Shown here: positions 46,533 to 56,247 of the stretch, piece by piece
Layout: every line of letters begins with the position of its first letter
How positions within the stretch are numbered: the stretch's first letter is position 1
Assembly: GCA_963797095.1 (NCBI GenBank)
Contig: CAWCNY010000007.1
Coordinates: 32,001-96,000, forward strand
Length of the DNA: 64,000 bases
Direction: 5' to 3'
Source of the DNA: an uncultured Chloroflexia bacterium
Lineage (GTDB): Bacteria > Chloroflexota > Chloroflexia > QHBQ01 > JADMIH01
Program-made: the position numbers and the translations under genes
The notes under the pieces: model-generated
What the model was told of the DNA's origin: nothing
What the model saw: the letters and a program-made list of their open reading frames with translations, nothing else
Databases searched by the model: none

Positions 46533-46745
46533 GACGGTCTATGCGGTGGGAATCGGCCCTTGCAGCGTGGCTGCTATTCCTGAGCCGGTCCTGGTGAACC
46601 TCTTTGAGATAGTATAGATGGGAGCGGGTGGGCGCGGCAGAGGTCCATCTACCCGGTTGCCTATCGCCGTGGGAAGATGGCGGCTGCGCTTCCGTGCGCA
46701 GTTTTGACAGCAAGTCATAGGCCAATGGCCGGCCTCCTTTCGTAT

Positions 46746-47303
46746 CTACAAGCCTTGCTTTGCCTCTGCGTCTGCATTTGCGTCCGTATCGGTGGCAGGT
46801 GTAGAAGGGGCCTCCTGCTCTGCATTATCGCTGACGCGGATCAGGAGGAGAGGGCAGGGGGCGTGCCTGAGCACCTCGTCTGCCACGCTGCCCATGATCA
46901 GGCGGCCGAGCCCACCCCGGCCATGAGTGGTCATGGCGATCAGGTCTATGCCCTGAGATCGTGCGTGCTCCAAGATTGCGCCGGCGGCGGGGCCTTCCGG
47001 CTCCGCTGTGCCAACTTTCAGCCCTTGCGCTGTAAGACTCTCGGCGACCTTCTGCAAATAGCCGAGGGCCGCGCCACGCTCGGCCTCGGTTAGCTCATTG
47101 GGGTCAAGGGAAGCCTGGTAAGGAAAAACAGGCTGGCCCATTATGGGCGTGGTGGTGGTAGCCATAGCGAACGCTTCGGGCGATGTGATCGCCTGCAAGA
47201 GCGTCACGCTTGAGCCGAACTTCTCGGCCAGGGTCTCAACGTAGGGTAGAACCCCCTCTGCCAGCTCTGACCCATCCAGGGCCACAAGAATGTGATTGTA
47301 CAT
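46746..47303 (-). CDS. Universal stress protein
   Basis: MY..ILV.LDGS, DLIAM.THGR.G...L.MGSVAD.VLR.APCP.L. Confidence 0.95.
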   Translation of the reverse strand: MYNHILVALDGSELAEGVLPYVETLAEKFGSSVTLLQAITSPEAFAMATTTTPIMGQPVFPYQASLDPNELTEAERGAALGYLQKVAESLTAQGLKVGTAEPEGPAAGAILEHARSQGIDLIAMTTHGRGGLGRLIMGSVADEVLRHAPCPLLLIRVSDNAEQEAPSTPATDTDANADAEAKQGL

Positions 47304-47451
47304 ATGGTATATCTCGCTATCTTAGGCTCAGCCTGCTTCGGCCCGGCGCAACCCCGGTAGTAGAGCACAGGCCCTACAAGAGAACAAACAACGCTATCTT
47401 CCACAATGATATTACAAGATACATTTGAATGAAGCAATCAAAAGTAGTCTA

Positions 47452-47919
47452 TCAGGTGCTGGTGCTTCGCTCGGTAGTGGTAGAGCGACTGGTCGCCGTG
47501 AGATCGCGAGGCTTTCGCAGAAGACCAACACCGAGAGTAACGAGACCGGCGGCAAGGATCACAGCGCCGACGTACGCCAGGTAGATGAGAGCATTAGGAG
47601 TAGTATCGGTGGGCGAAGGCATCGATAAGAAGTAGGCTACCGGCAGGAGGATCGCTGCCACAGGGGTCGTATGACGGACCAATACCTTCACGCTGTCCGG
47701 TAGTTCGGCTTCATCAACGTATCGCAGGATTACCAGAGACAAGACAAGCAAGACACCTGCATGCGCATGGCCGGCGCGCCAGAAGTCTTCTCGTACCGGG
47801 TTCTGGATGTAGCCCGACTGAGCGTCAAGCAGAAAGCCAAGCAGGCTTACTCCCCCATAGATTACCGCAGGGAAGACCACCAAGAGGATACCCGCCAGTT
47901 TGCGTGATTCGTTGCTCAT
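47452..47919 (-). CDS. Hypothetical membrane protein with RAGHAHAG motif
   Basis: Four hydrophobic segments; FWRAGHAHAGVLLVLSL. Confidence 0.7.
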   Translation of the reverse strand: MSNESRKLAGILLVVFPAVIYGGVSLLGFLLDAQSGYIQNPVREDFWRAGHAHAGVLLVLSLVILRYVDEAELPDSVKVLVRHTTPVAAILLPVAYFLSMPSPTDTTPNALIYLAYVGAVILAAGLVTLGVGLLRKPRDLTATSRSTTTERSTST

Positions 47920-48080
47920 TCTTTTACCTCGCTTCAGCTAACAGAGCTATCAATGGTGCGGCAAATAATAACACAGCACACTCTGTACCATCGCTGCCGG
48001 AGGTGGAGAAGTGGAAAAGGAGATATGCAGGCGTATTGTCTGGTAGATTACCTGCACGATGCATATCCGGCGAGGGCAAC

Positions 48081-48662
48081 ATGCAGAATAGCATTCTGGA
48101 CAACAAGCGGCAAATCGCGGGAGCAACTCTGTCCGAATTGGCAGGCATAGGCGCGATCTCGCTCCTTTTCTACTACTTGAACATCACCGGTGCTCCCAGG
48201 ATCTCGGATGTGTGGGCTATTGACCGGGTGGTAGTATATCTGTTGTTATTCGTGGGTCCGTTTCTCATGTTCCTGCCCGTCAGCCTGGCTTTGCGGCTGG
48301 GGCCTCTGCCCCTGGTGGGTGCGGCTTCGTGGGCGGCGTTGGGCTACATACTCATTTTCGTAGACGCACCTGGGCGAGATTCGGCCAGCTTCTTTGATTA
48401 CATGCTCTTTCTTGGGGCGCTCTTTTTCGCTCTCGGAACGCTGCTCGCCGTGCCGGCCGGGATAGTAAGCAGGCGTCTGCTACCGCCCGCGCAGTCGGCC
48501 ACCTCAGAAACTGCACGAGCCTTCCGGCAAGGAGCACTGGTAGCGGGATCGATAGTCGCCATCATGGCGATGTCGCCGTTGGGGGTGCTCAACTGGCTAA
48601 ACGCCTGCCTGGTACTCATTATCGCCGCGCTTACAGAGTTCTTTTTCCTGGCGAGAAGCTGA
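48081..48662 (+). CDS. Hypothetical membrane protein
   Basis: About 6 TM; C-terminal RQG.L...L.WLN..L...E.F pattern. Confidence 0.65.
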   Translation: MQNSILDNKRQIAGATLSELAGIGAISLLFYYLNITGAPRISDVWAIDRVVVYLLLFVGPFLMFLPVSLALRLGPLPLVGAASWAALGYILIFVDAPGRDSASFFDYMLFLGALFFALGTLLAVPAGIVSRRLLPPAQSATSETARAFRQGALVAGSIVAIMAMSPLGVLNWLNACLVLIIAALTEFFFLARS

Positions 48663-48671
48663 CTATTCTTA

Positions 48672-48764
48672 GTTCCAAGTTGCCCGTTGCTGGTTCCTGG
48701 TTGCGGCTGTGGTCCGGCTACTGGCGACAAGGAACCAAGGAACTTGGAACCGGCAACTTGGAAC
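48672..48764. repeat. Fold-back heptamer element
   Basis: GTTCCAAGTTGCC / GGCAACTTGGAAC 13-bp arms; GTTSY-type units left, complementary GGAAC/GCAAC units right. Confidence 0.8.
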
Positions 48765-48810
48765 AATCGCCCACTGAACCAAAGTTAGCACCAGCGAGTA
48801 TAATGAGTAT

Positions 48811-49815
48811 ATGAGCAAGATCACGATAATTGGACTCGGCCTTACGGGCAATTCGATAGGATTGGGGCTCAAACAGGCCACGCGGGGCGGCGCGAAGATC
48901 ACCGGCTTCGACCCGGATCAGACGCGCGAGCAGTACGCTTTGCGCAGATATGCAAGCGTGGACGAGATCGCGCCCGATCTGGAGCGAGCGGTCAGGGACG
49001 CCGGGCTGGTAATCGTTTGCACGCCTATATCGGCGGCGTACGAAGTGTTCGAGGCCATGAGTCCTTTCCTGGACGCCAACGCCACCGTCACCGACACCAT
49101 GCCCCTGAAAGAGCCTGTGCTCAAGATGGCGGGCGAGGCGTTCGGTACAGGTAAGAGCTTCGTTGGCGGCCACCCGTTCTCGCTGACAGTTGACCTGGAC
49201 GTGGCAGGTGATGAAACCCCGCCATCTGCGGACCTCTTCGCGAACGCGCCCTGGTGCATCATGCCGGCGCCCGGCGCGACCAACAGCGCGCTCAATGCCG
49301 TGATCAACCTGGCCGAGACGCTGGGGGCCAAGCCCCTCTTTATCGACCCTGTGGAGCACGACTCGTTCCTGGCTGCTGTGAGTCACCTGCCGGTGGCTGT
49401 CAGCACCGCGTTCCTGAAAGCGGTGGCGGGAAGCCCGGCCTGGACCGATATGAGCGCGCTGGCGCACGGCAGGTTCAGGGGCGTGAGCGAAGGAGTGGCT
49501 TACGATCCACAGGTGCTGGCCGACACCCTGTCGCAGAATCGCGCGCCGCTCCTCAGGTGGATCGATGGCTACATGGAAGCGCTGTACGACGTGCGCCAAC
49601 TCCTTGCAAGCGGGGATGTGGAGGCGCTGGTGGAAGCCCTCACAGATGCCAGCGGCTCGCGGCGCGCATGGGCCGACCCTGGCGAAGCGGACGCCGAGGA
49701 CGCAAGGTTGCGCACGGAACTTCGACAGGCGATCCAGGATAGCAGGCCAACCCAGGCTCTCATGGGCACATACCTTACGGAGAAGCTTTTCCGGCGCAAA
49801 GAGCGAGGCCAATAG
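48811..49815 (+). CDS. Prephenate/arogenate dehydrogenase-like protein (divergent TyrA family)
   Basis: IIGLGL.G.S.GL, FVGGHP, HD...A.VSHLP, N...L..W.D. Confidence 0.78.
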   Translation: MSKITIIGLGLTGNSIGLGLKQATRGGAKITGFDPDQTREQYALRRYASVDEIAPDLERAVRDAGLVIVCTPISAAYEVFEAMSPFLDANATVTDTMPLKEPVLKMAGEAFGTGKSFVGGHPFSLTVDLDVAGDETPPSADLFANAPWCIMPAPGATNSALNAVINLAETLGAKPLFIDPVEHDSFLAAVSHLPVAVSTAFLKAVAGSPAWTDMSALAHGRFRGVSEGVAYDPQVLADTLSQNRAPLLRWIDGYMEALYDVRQLLASGDVEALVEALTDASGSRRAWADPGEADAEDARLRTELRQAIQDSRPTQALMGTYLTEKLFRRKERGQ

Positions 49816-49901
49816 CAGGCGCATATATATGCGGAGTGAAGTCGAGTCGGGTGGCTCGGCTTTTCTTGTGCCCGTAAGCCAAAAGCCATATTATAGGCTT
49901 A

Positions 49902-51530
49902 ATGATTACCGAACAGACCTCCGGATCGCTTACAACCACCGGTAAAGTCGCAGACGCACAGCGTGCCACTCTTCGCGTCCCGCGTTCCGCGATGCTGGTG
50001 GCGGGCCTGGGGATTTTCCTGGCTGCGCTGGACCAGACGGTGATCGTGACCGCTCTCTGGCCTATCTCCCAGGAAATGGCTATCCCGGTCACTGAGTTGG
50101 ACAAGGCGGCCTGGGTCGTGACCGCCTATCTGCTCGGCTACACGGTTGCTTTGCCCCTTATGGGTCGGGTAGCCGATGTCTACGGCCAGCGCAAGATATT
50201 CCTGTTGTCGCTTGGTGTATTCATGCTGGGGTCGCTGCTGTGCGCCATCGCGCCGAGCCTGGGCTGGCTGATCGCGGCACGTGGGTTGCAGGCGGTAGGT
50301 GGTGGGGCCGTCCTGCCCGTCGGTATGGCGATGGCGAGCCACATCTACAGCCAAAAGCACGTGCCCTTCATGCTCGGCATCCTGGGAGCCGTTGCGGAAG
50401 CGGGAGGCGTGATAGGCCCACTGTGGGGCGCGGCGATCATGCAGTGGATGGACGGGCTATTCAAAATATCGGGTTGGCGGTGGATATTCTGGGTAAACTT
50501 ACCGCTCGGCCTGCTCTTCGCTGCGCTCATGTTCTTCACGCCCTCCCTTGCCCGGCTGCCCCGCTTTCCGGGGAGGATCGATTGGTTGGGGGCCGGGCTG
50601 CTGGGCATTGGACTGCTGGCCCTTTCTCTCGGCCTCTCCACACCGGGATCGGTGGGTGCGTGGGCTGGGCTGAACAGCCTCCAACCGGGAGAGCAGGCCG
50701 AATGGCTGACGCCGCAAACGGTGGGACTGCTGGCGCTCTCCCTCCTGATGTTCGCGCTGTTCGCTATGTGGCAAAGGCGCGCACGCGAGCCACTCATGCC
50801 TCACGACCTGCTGTCGTGGCGCAACAGGCCCTTCGCGGCGGCCAACCTCGCCAACCTGCTGGTAGGGGCGGCCTTGATCATCACAATGGTGAACGTACCC
50901 CTCTATGTAGCGAGCGTGCTCGACGGCACGGCGGCTGATGGCGGCCTGATGCTCCTGCGGATGACCGCGTTTATACCATTGGGTGCGGTGGCAGGTGGGC
51001 TGCTGGGGGTGCGAGTGCAATACCGGTGGGTGGCGATGGCAGGGTTGCTGGTGACGGCGGCGGGCTTCCTGCAAATGCGCGGCTGGACTCTCCAATCGGC
51101 TGACGACCCCCTGACATGGGCAGGTTTGGCGCTAAACGGGCTGGGGTTCGGGCTGCTGATCTCGCCGGTGACGGCCACCGCTTTGCTGTGGGGCGGGCCG
51201 GGCAGAGCGGCGCTATCGGCAGCGTCGGTGAACGTGGCACGCATAGTGGGCATGATGGTCAGTCTATCGACTCTGACGACGCTGGGATTGCATCGTTTCC
51301 AGGAGCTAATGGCCGACCACCCGGCGGCGATATTCCAGAACCCCGGCGAGACCGCCGAGCAGTTCGCCCAGAGGCAGGCAGATTACGCGCTTGCCTACAA
51401 AACGGCTTCGCTCGATGTGTTCACGGCGGGCTTTTTTATCGCCGGGGTTTTGTGCCTGGTCGCAATCTTGTTCGCCGTCTGGTTGCGGCGCAAGCCGGGA
51501 TCGGGGGCGGAATCCGAGCCGATCTTCTAA
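49902..51530 (+). CDS. MFS transporter, DHA2 (14-TM) drug efflux-like
   Basis: LDQTVI..AL, W..TAYLL, GR.ADVYG.RK, R..Q..GGG, GP..G, WRWIF.VNLP. Confidence 0.92.
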   Translation: MITEQTSGSLTTTGKVADAQRATLRVPRSAMLVAGLGIFLAALDQTVIVTALWPISQEMAIPVTELDKAAWVVTAYLLGYTVALPLMGRVADVYGQRKIFLLSLGVFMLGSLLCAIAPSLGWLIAARGLQAVGGGAVLPVGMAMASHIYSQKHVPFMLGILGAVAEAGGVIGPLWGAAIMQWMDGLFKISGWRWIFWVNLPLGLLFAALMFFTPSLARLPRFPGRIDWLGAGLLGIGLLALSLGLSTPGSVGAWAGLNSLQPGEQAEWLTPQTVGLLALSLLMFALFAMWQRRAREPLMPHDLLSWRNRPFAAANLANLLVGAALIITMVNVPLYVASVLDGTAADGGLMLLRMTAFIPLGAVAGGLLGVRVQYRWVAMAGLLVTAAGFLQMRGWTLQSADDPLTWAGLALNGLGFGLLISPVTATALLWGGPGRAALSAASVNVARIVGMMVSLSTLTTLGLHRFQELMADHPAAIFQNPGETAEQFAQRQADYALAYKTASLDVFTAGFFIAGVLCLVAILFAVWLRRKPGSGAESEPIF

Positions 51531-51534
51531 ATAA

Positions 51535-51573
51535 AGAGAAGAACCGAGCACATCACGCGCTCGGTTCTTCTCT
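51535..51573. terminator. Bidirectional terminator between MFS and the Tad-like cluster
   Basis: AGAGAAGAACCGAGC / GCTCGGTTCTTCTCT arms. Confidence 0.75.
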
Positions 51574-51595
51574 TCTCATCCTTGCTCCCGCCAGG

Positions 51596-53698
51596 CTATT
51601 TGATCAACCTGGGGCGAGCGAACGGCATCTCCCACACCGTGGTATCCTGACTATACGATGGGTTGACCTTGAGCCGGAACCACGAACTGGCGCACTGGCC
51701 CTGTGGCCCGAAGAATTCGTTGTACTCTGTGGTACCCTCCGTTGGGATGTTCACCTTTTCCGGCTGCTGCGGCGTTGTCCACCCTGTACATTGATCAGGG
51801 CCGGGACAGTACCAGTCATTGTTAGGCCCTACCCAACCGGTACCGACGTTATCGAAGCAGCCATCGCTGAGAGTATTCTGGCATGGTTGGCAGTTGGAAC
51901 TACCGTCCGGGCATAGGGTTGGATTTGGAGGTGACGAGCCTACAATCACACACTTTTGCATCTGATATTGCAGTGTGCCGGTTGCACCACACCCCGGACC
52001 GCTACAGTCCTGATCAAAGTGGCGGACGGCCAACGTTTGTCCGGCGGCATTCTTGCTCAACTGGGTGAAGAGCATGGGGAACTGCACACCGCTGTCGAGG
52101 TTGAGAGGCATGGCACGTTTGGCGAACACCGAGGCACCACCGGTATTCCAGTCCTCAGGTGGGCTGGCCGAACTGACTTGTTTGAAGTATTGCCCGTTTG
52201 CTCTGCAAAGGCTGTTGGTTGAGTACGGCGGCGACGTGCAATTGTAGTTGGGATAATTGCCGTCCTCCGGGCCTACTCTGAGGTCGAAGTTGTTCTCGCT
52301 TGATCCGGCTGACGTACTTATGTAGAGATAGAAGTAGAAACCACCGTTCGCTTCACGTGCGAAACAGTCCCCACCGCAAGCGCCAGAATCAAAGAGCGTG
52401 ATGTCAAATCCTGGAGGCTGATACCAGGACAGGTCAGTCGCGCTATTCATGCCCACAGTGTATCTTGCAAGGTAGCTATGATCGGATTTGTCCGATAGGG
52501 TGGCCGGGTCACCGAAAGCACTTGTAATATGGGGATCGAAGTGCCAGAGTGTATAGGACGTCGTATCTGCCCAACTGTCACTCCACGTTCCGCCACCTGG
52601 ATTGATGCCACCTGCTGTTCTCGACTGACGGAACTCGTCTACACGCCAGAAGGCGACCCTGCGTACTCCCTTGAATACTCCTGGTATGGGAGTGGCCGTG
52701 AGCGGGTATGCGTTCAAGTGGAGGTATGTATTGAATCTTTCACCGGCACCGGTACCACTGTCGTATGTAAACCTGCCATCATCAGCATAGAATGTAGGGG
52801 AGGCTACGGGTGTAGAACACGGCGTTCCACCCCCTGGACAGACCGTAGGCACAGGTGTCCATGGCGTAGGCGCTGCAGCGGCGCTATTGTACGTGTCCGG
52901 GTCGAAAATCTGGATAACCACATGATCGTCCGGAAAGTCCGGCGGAACATCTACACGATAAAGATAACCATAGGGCATCTTAGCGTTTTCGGGGTTGACG
53001 GTGTTGCCAGATATGTACTGAGGAGAGTAAGCATCGCCGCCCTGGCGCCAGCTATCCGGCCCCCAGATACTGATATTAAGCTCGTTCACCACGCCCAGGA
53101 AACCGTAGGGCTTGATGTTGATCTCGGCGAAGGCATTGAGGTCGGCTGTAGCGTCGGCGCTTACATCAACCGTCTTCCAGATCGGTATCAGCCGCATAAA
53201 GAAGGTATCTACCCTCTGGATAGCATGCACGTGAACCTGTGACACATCGTAGTAAACGTCAACCGATTTGCTGGTCAAAGTGTTTGTAGGCACGCCGTTG
53301 GCTTCGAGCATCTGGTATGCTTTGGTCCGAACCGTGGAGGAGAGCACGCTGCCGTCGCTCAACAGTTGGGCGGCTGAGAGGGCCGAGGAGTTGACCGCGC
53401 TCTGTAGCTTGGCACGCTTACCCATGAGGTTGCCAACATCCACACCCAATCCGACGAACAGGATGAGAATCGTCATCATCAAAGCAATTATGAGAAGGGC
53501 CTGGCCTCTTGAGCGTGGATGATCGACCCTGCGGGCGGCTCTACCGTTCGGCGATATGATCCGAGCGCGTGAGGCCACACGGCCTTGAGGGTCATGGGTG
53601 GCAAGGTAGAGGTCGAGATCAACCTGACGCTCGACCTCGGCACTACCAAAAGGGGCGTCCGGTCCTCTATATGTCTTATTTCGCAATGATCTTTTCAT
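51596..53698 (-). CDS. TadG-like protein (Tad N-terminal domain) with large Cys-rich C-terminal region
   Basis: RGQALLIIAL...GL.VD.G......LQ.A..S.AL.AA; 16 Cys in the distal part. Confidence 0.8.
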   Translation of the reverse strand: MKRSLRNKTYRGPDAPFGSAEVERQVDLDLYLATHDPQGRVASRARIISPNGRAARRVDHPRSRGQALLIIALMMTILILFVGLGVDVGNLMGKRAKLQSAVNSSALSAAQLLSDGSVLSSTVRTKAYQMLEANGVPTNTLTSKSVDVYYDVSQVHVHAIQRVDTFFMRLIPIWKTVDVSADATADLNAFAEINIKPYGFLGVVNELNISIWGPDSWRQGGDAYSPQYISGNTVNPENAKMPYGYLYRVDVPPDFPDDHVVIQIFDPDTYNSAAAAPTPWTPVPTVCPGGGTPCSTPVASPTFYADDGRFTYDSGTGAGERFNTYLHLNAYPLTATPIPGVFKGVRRVAFWRVDEFRQSRTAGGINPGGGTWSDSWADTTSYTLWHFDPHITSAFGDPATLSDKSDHSYLARYTVGMNSATDLSWYQPPGFDITLFDSGACGGDCFAREANGGFYFYLYISTSAGSSENNFDLRVGPEDGNYPNYNCTSPPYSTNSLCRANGQYFKQVSSASPPEDWNTGGASVFAKRAMPLNLDSGVQFPMLFTQLSKNAAGQTLAVRHFDQDCSGPGCGATGTLQYQMQKCVIVGSSPPNPTLCPDGSSNCQPCQNTLSDGCFDNVGTGWVGPNNDWYCPGPDQCTGWTTPQQPEKVNIPTEGTTEYNEFFGPQGQCASSWFRLKVNPSYSQDTTVWEMPFARPRLIK

Positions 53699-53732
53699 AA
53701 TAAGTGCTCTCTATTGGGAATGGATTATGCGG

Positions 53733-53780
53733 TCGTCACTCGTCACTCGTCACTCGTCACTCGTCACTCGTCACTCGTCG
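53733..53780. repeat. Heptamer tandem array abutting the tadE stop
   Basis: TCGTCAC x6 (reverse complement of the ACGAGTG family). Confidence 0.95.
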
Positions 53781-54398
53781 TCAGTTGTTTGGCTCTTGTT
53801 GGATAATCGCGTAGCTGGTCATCGGAAGCTGCGCTCCCGGGGCAATGAGCGAAGCAAGCACGGGGGTGTAACGGAAGTCAACTTCGACAATAATGAAGGG
53901 TATGTTGGCTGCGCTGGCCCCCGAGGCCTGTTGGAGCCTTGCCTGGATTCCCGTACGGGTAACCCTGGGGGTATCGCCACTGCTGCTGTCACCGTTGTAC
54001 AGCTGGTCCTTTTTCCAATGGGCGGAGTTGTTGGGAATCTGGCCCGAACCGTTAGTCGCACCCTGGATCCTGAAGATATCTATATTGAGGCTGCCGCTAA
54101 TTTCGCGGCTCGATCCGAAGTCCACACCCTTGAGCTTGTAGAGAATAAGGTTGACGGTGTCGCCGGGGCGGCCCTGGTCGAGGGCGAAACGGGTTCCATC
54201 GCGGGCGGCCGTGCCGACCCGCAACCATGCGTTGAATGCAAGCCCGCCTTCAACTACAACGCTGAGGAGCATCACCAGCAGCGGAAGGAGCAAAGCCAAC
54301 TCTATCAGGCTTTGGCCCCGCCGCCTCTTTGATCTGCCTTCACCTGGTGCAGCACCTTTGCTCTTTATTCTGTTACGCCTGAGCATTGTCAATTTCAC
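53781..54398 (-). CDS. TadE/TadF-family pilin-like protein
   Basis: RGQSLIELALLLPLL...VE.G......AARDG.R.A. Confidence 0.85.
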   Translation of the reverse strand: MKLTMLRRNRIKSKGAAPGEGRSKRRRGQSLIELALLLPLLVMLLSVVVEGGLAFNAWLRVGTAARDGTRFALDQGRPGDTVNLILYKLKGVDFGSSREISGSLNIDIFRIQGATNGSGQIPNNSAHWKKDQLYNGDSSSGDTPRVTRTGIQARLQQASGASAANIPFIIVEVDFRYTPVLASLIAPGAQLPMTSYAIIQQEPNN

Positions 54399-54495
54399 TG
54401 TTCGCCCCCTGGCATCATTTGTAAGCCATCTTCGAAATTTTCAGTCATCGTCCGGCGAGGAGCGGAATTCCTTTTCCGCTCCTCATTCATCTCGA

Positions 54496-56247
54496 TTATG
54501 GACAACCCCCCAGGTCGCCTTGCTGAGCGTTGCCGCTACCCGACCCTGTGGTATAACCCACCGCGTTCGCCGTCGCGTTTATGGTTATACTGCTGGCTGC
54601 ACCGCTGAACGAGCCTACGTTACATACCGTGTAGACCCCGTTACCTGTGTTAGATAGCGACCCGGACCAGGACTGGCTTCCGTTGCTGGCCGATACCGTC
54701 ACGGTAGCGCCGTTCACGCGGTTAAGGGAGATAGCATCTCTCACAATCACCTGGATGTCGAGAGGTCTGCCCGACCCGGATGGCTTGTAGCCTGTCACGC
54801 TGACGCTCAGAGGCAGAGGCGTATTGGTAGGAGTAGCCGTATTGGTAGCCGTAGGCGTCCTGGTAGGCGTGTTGGTAGGTGTTCTGGTGGGCGTGTTGGT
54901 GGGTGTTCTGGTGGGTGTGTTGGTGGGTGTGTTACTGGGCGTCCTGGTAGGCGTAGATGTCCTGGTAAAGGTAGGAGTGATGGTTGGTGTCTGCGTAACA
55001 GTAGGCGTCTTGGTCGGGGTGGAAGTACGGGTAGCAGTGGCCGCCGAAGTGGGGGTGGATGTGCTGGTCTTGGTGTTGGTCGGTGCCAGCGCGGTCTGGG
55101 TAGCGGCTGCAATCGCCGTCTGGGTCGCACCCGCAACTGCGGTCTGGGTGGCGTGCATGTTGGCGGTCTGCGTGGCCGCTGCCGCCGCGGTTTGCGTCGG
55201 GATTGCGATTGCGGTCTGGGTTTGCCCCGCAACTGCGGTCTGGGTAATACCAGCGACGGCGGTCTGGGTCTGGCCGGCTCTCATGGTGCTGGTGGCCGCT
55301 GCCGCTGCCGTCTGCGTCGGGATCGCGATAGAAGTCTGGGTAGCCGCCACAGAGGTATTGGTAGCGGCTGCTATAGAGGTAGACGTAGCGGCTATTGAGG
55401 TATTGGTAGCCGCTGCGATGGAAGTTGACGTAGCCGCAACCGATGTATTTGTGGCGGCTGCTATAGATGTAGAGGTAGCCGCTACCGAGGTCTCAGTGGC
55501 GTGTACCTGAGCGGTCTGAGTCGCAAACACACCCGCTGTTTGGGTAGCAGCAACTGCGGTCATCTGCGCAAAGGCAGTCGCGGCGAAGGCGGTTTCAGTC
55601 TGATGCGCCTGCATTGTCTGAGTAGGATAAGGAACAGGGGTCCATGTAGGGAAAGGCGGGGGCGTAGGCCCAAGGTTGGCGTGGTCGAACTGCTGGACCG
55701 CCCCCCACGCTTCGTTGATCGAAAACTCGACCCCTTGAAGCTTAATATAAGGAATTACCGCGCTAACGAGCGGGGTAAGAGGTTTGACGGTGTAGGAAAC
55801 CCGCACCACGATGGTATCGCCCGGCCCACCTGCCGTGCCTTCCACGTCGCCCGACGTGATGTCCACCTGCCAGAAGCCCCATTCCCACGGTATGTCTGTG
55901 TCGGTGAGGGGTAGTCCCGCCAAACCCTGTTTAGCGATATCTTTGATGCTGGTCTCGCGAGGTATCAAGTGGCCGCCGGCATCCTTAAACTGCTGGCCTG
56001 TAATTGCGAAGCGAATGGCCTGGCGGGCGGCATTGTTCACACTGACCTGGGCCTGTACGATGCGCGCCAGGTCTATAATGCCGAAGATCAGAAGCAAAAG
56101 GAGAGGTGCCACCAGGGCAAACTCTACCAGGCTCTGTCCCTCGTTCTTCCGGCGAAAACGGGATGAGTGCTTGGGTCCGGCGGCCCGGCTCTCACTATTC
56201 TTGTTGGACAGAAGGGGTCTAACCCTTCGTACCTGGCTGTTCTTCAT
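54496..56247 (-). CDS. TadE-family pilin-like protein with long Thr/Ala/Pro repeat stalk and C-terminal Ig-like domain
   Basis: [15 protein letters not shown]...NAARQA.RFA; about 270-aa AATSTSIA/TQTA/TPTN repeats; beta-rich tip with 2 Cys; start uncertain (56247 or 56277). Confidence 0.85.
   Translation of the reverse strand: MKNSQVRRVRPLLSNKNSESRAAGPKHSSRFRRKNEGQSLVEFALVAPLLLLLIFGIIDLARIVQAQVSVNNAARQAIRFAITGQQFKDAGGHLIPRETSIKDIAKQGLAGLPLTDTDIPWEWGFWQVDITSGDVEGTAGGPGDTIVVRVSYTVKPLTPLVSAVIPYIKLQGVEFSINEAWGAVQQFDHANLGPTPPPFPTWTPVPYPTQTMQAHQTETAFAATAFAQMTAVAATQTAGVFATQTAQVHATETSVAATSTSIAAATNTSVAATSTSIAAATNTSIAATSTSIAAATNTSVAATQTSIAIPTQTAAAAATSTMRAGQTQTAVAGITQTAVAGQTQTAIAIPTQTAAAAATQTANMHATQTAVAGATQTAIAAATQTALAPTNTKTSTSTPTSAATATRTSTPTKTPTVTQTPTITPTFTRTSTPTRTPSNTPTNTPTRTPTNTPTRTPTNTPTRTPTATNTATPTNTPLPLSVSVTGYKPSGSGRPLDIQVIVRDAISLNRVNGATVTVSASNGSQSWSGSLSNTGNGVYTVCNVGSFSGAASSITINATANAVGYTTGSGSGNAQQGDLGGCP

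Noticed and set aside
21251-49815. A coordinated 'tyrosine island' (hppD-hmgA, tyrS, tyrA-like)
   Set aside because: The genes are 10-15 kb apart, separated by unrelated genes, with no shared regulatory motif seen; likely coincidence.
53727-54332. + strand ORF beginning with SSLVTRH repeats (similar at 28133-28993)
   Set aside because: Translation of TCGTCAC heptamer arrays running antisense into real genes.
54824-55510. Val/Ala/Gly-rich + strand ORFs (also 56870-57172)
   Set aside because: Antisense reading of the Thr/Pro repeat stalks of the TadE-like genes.
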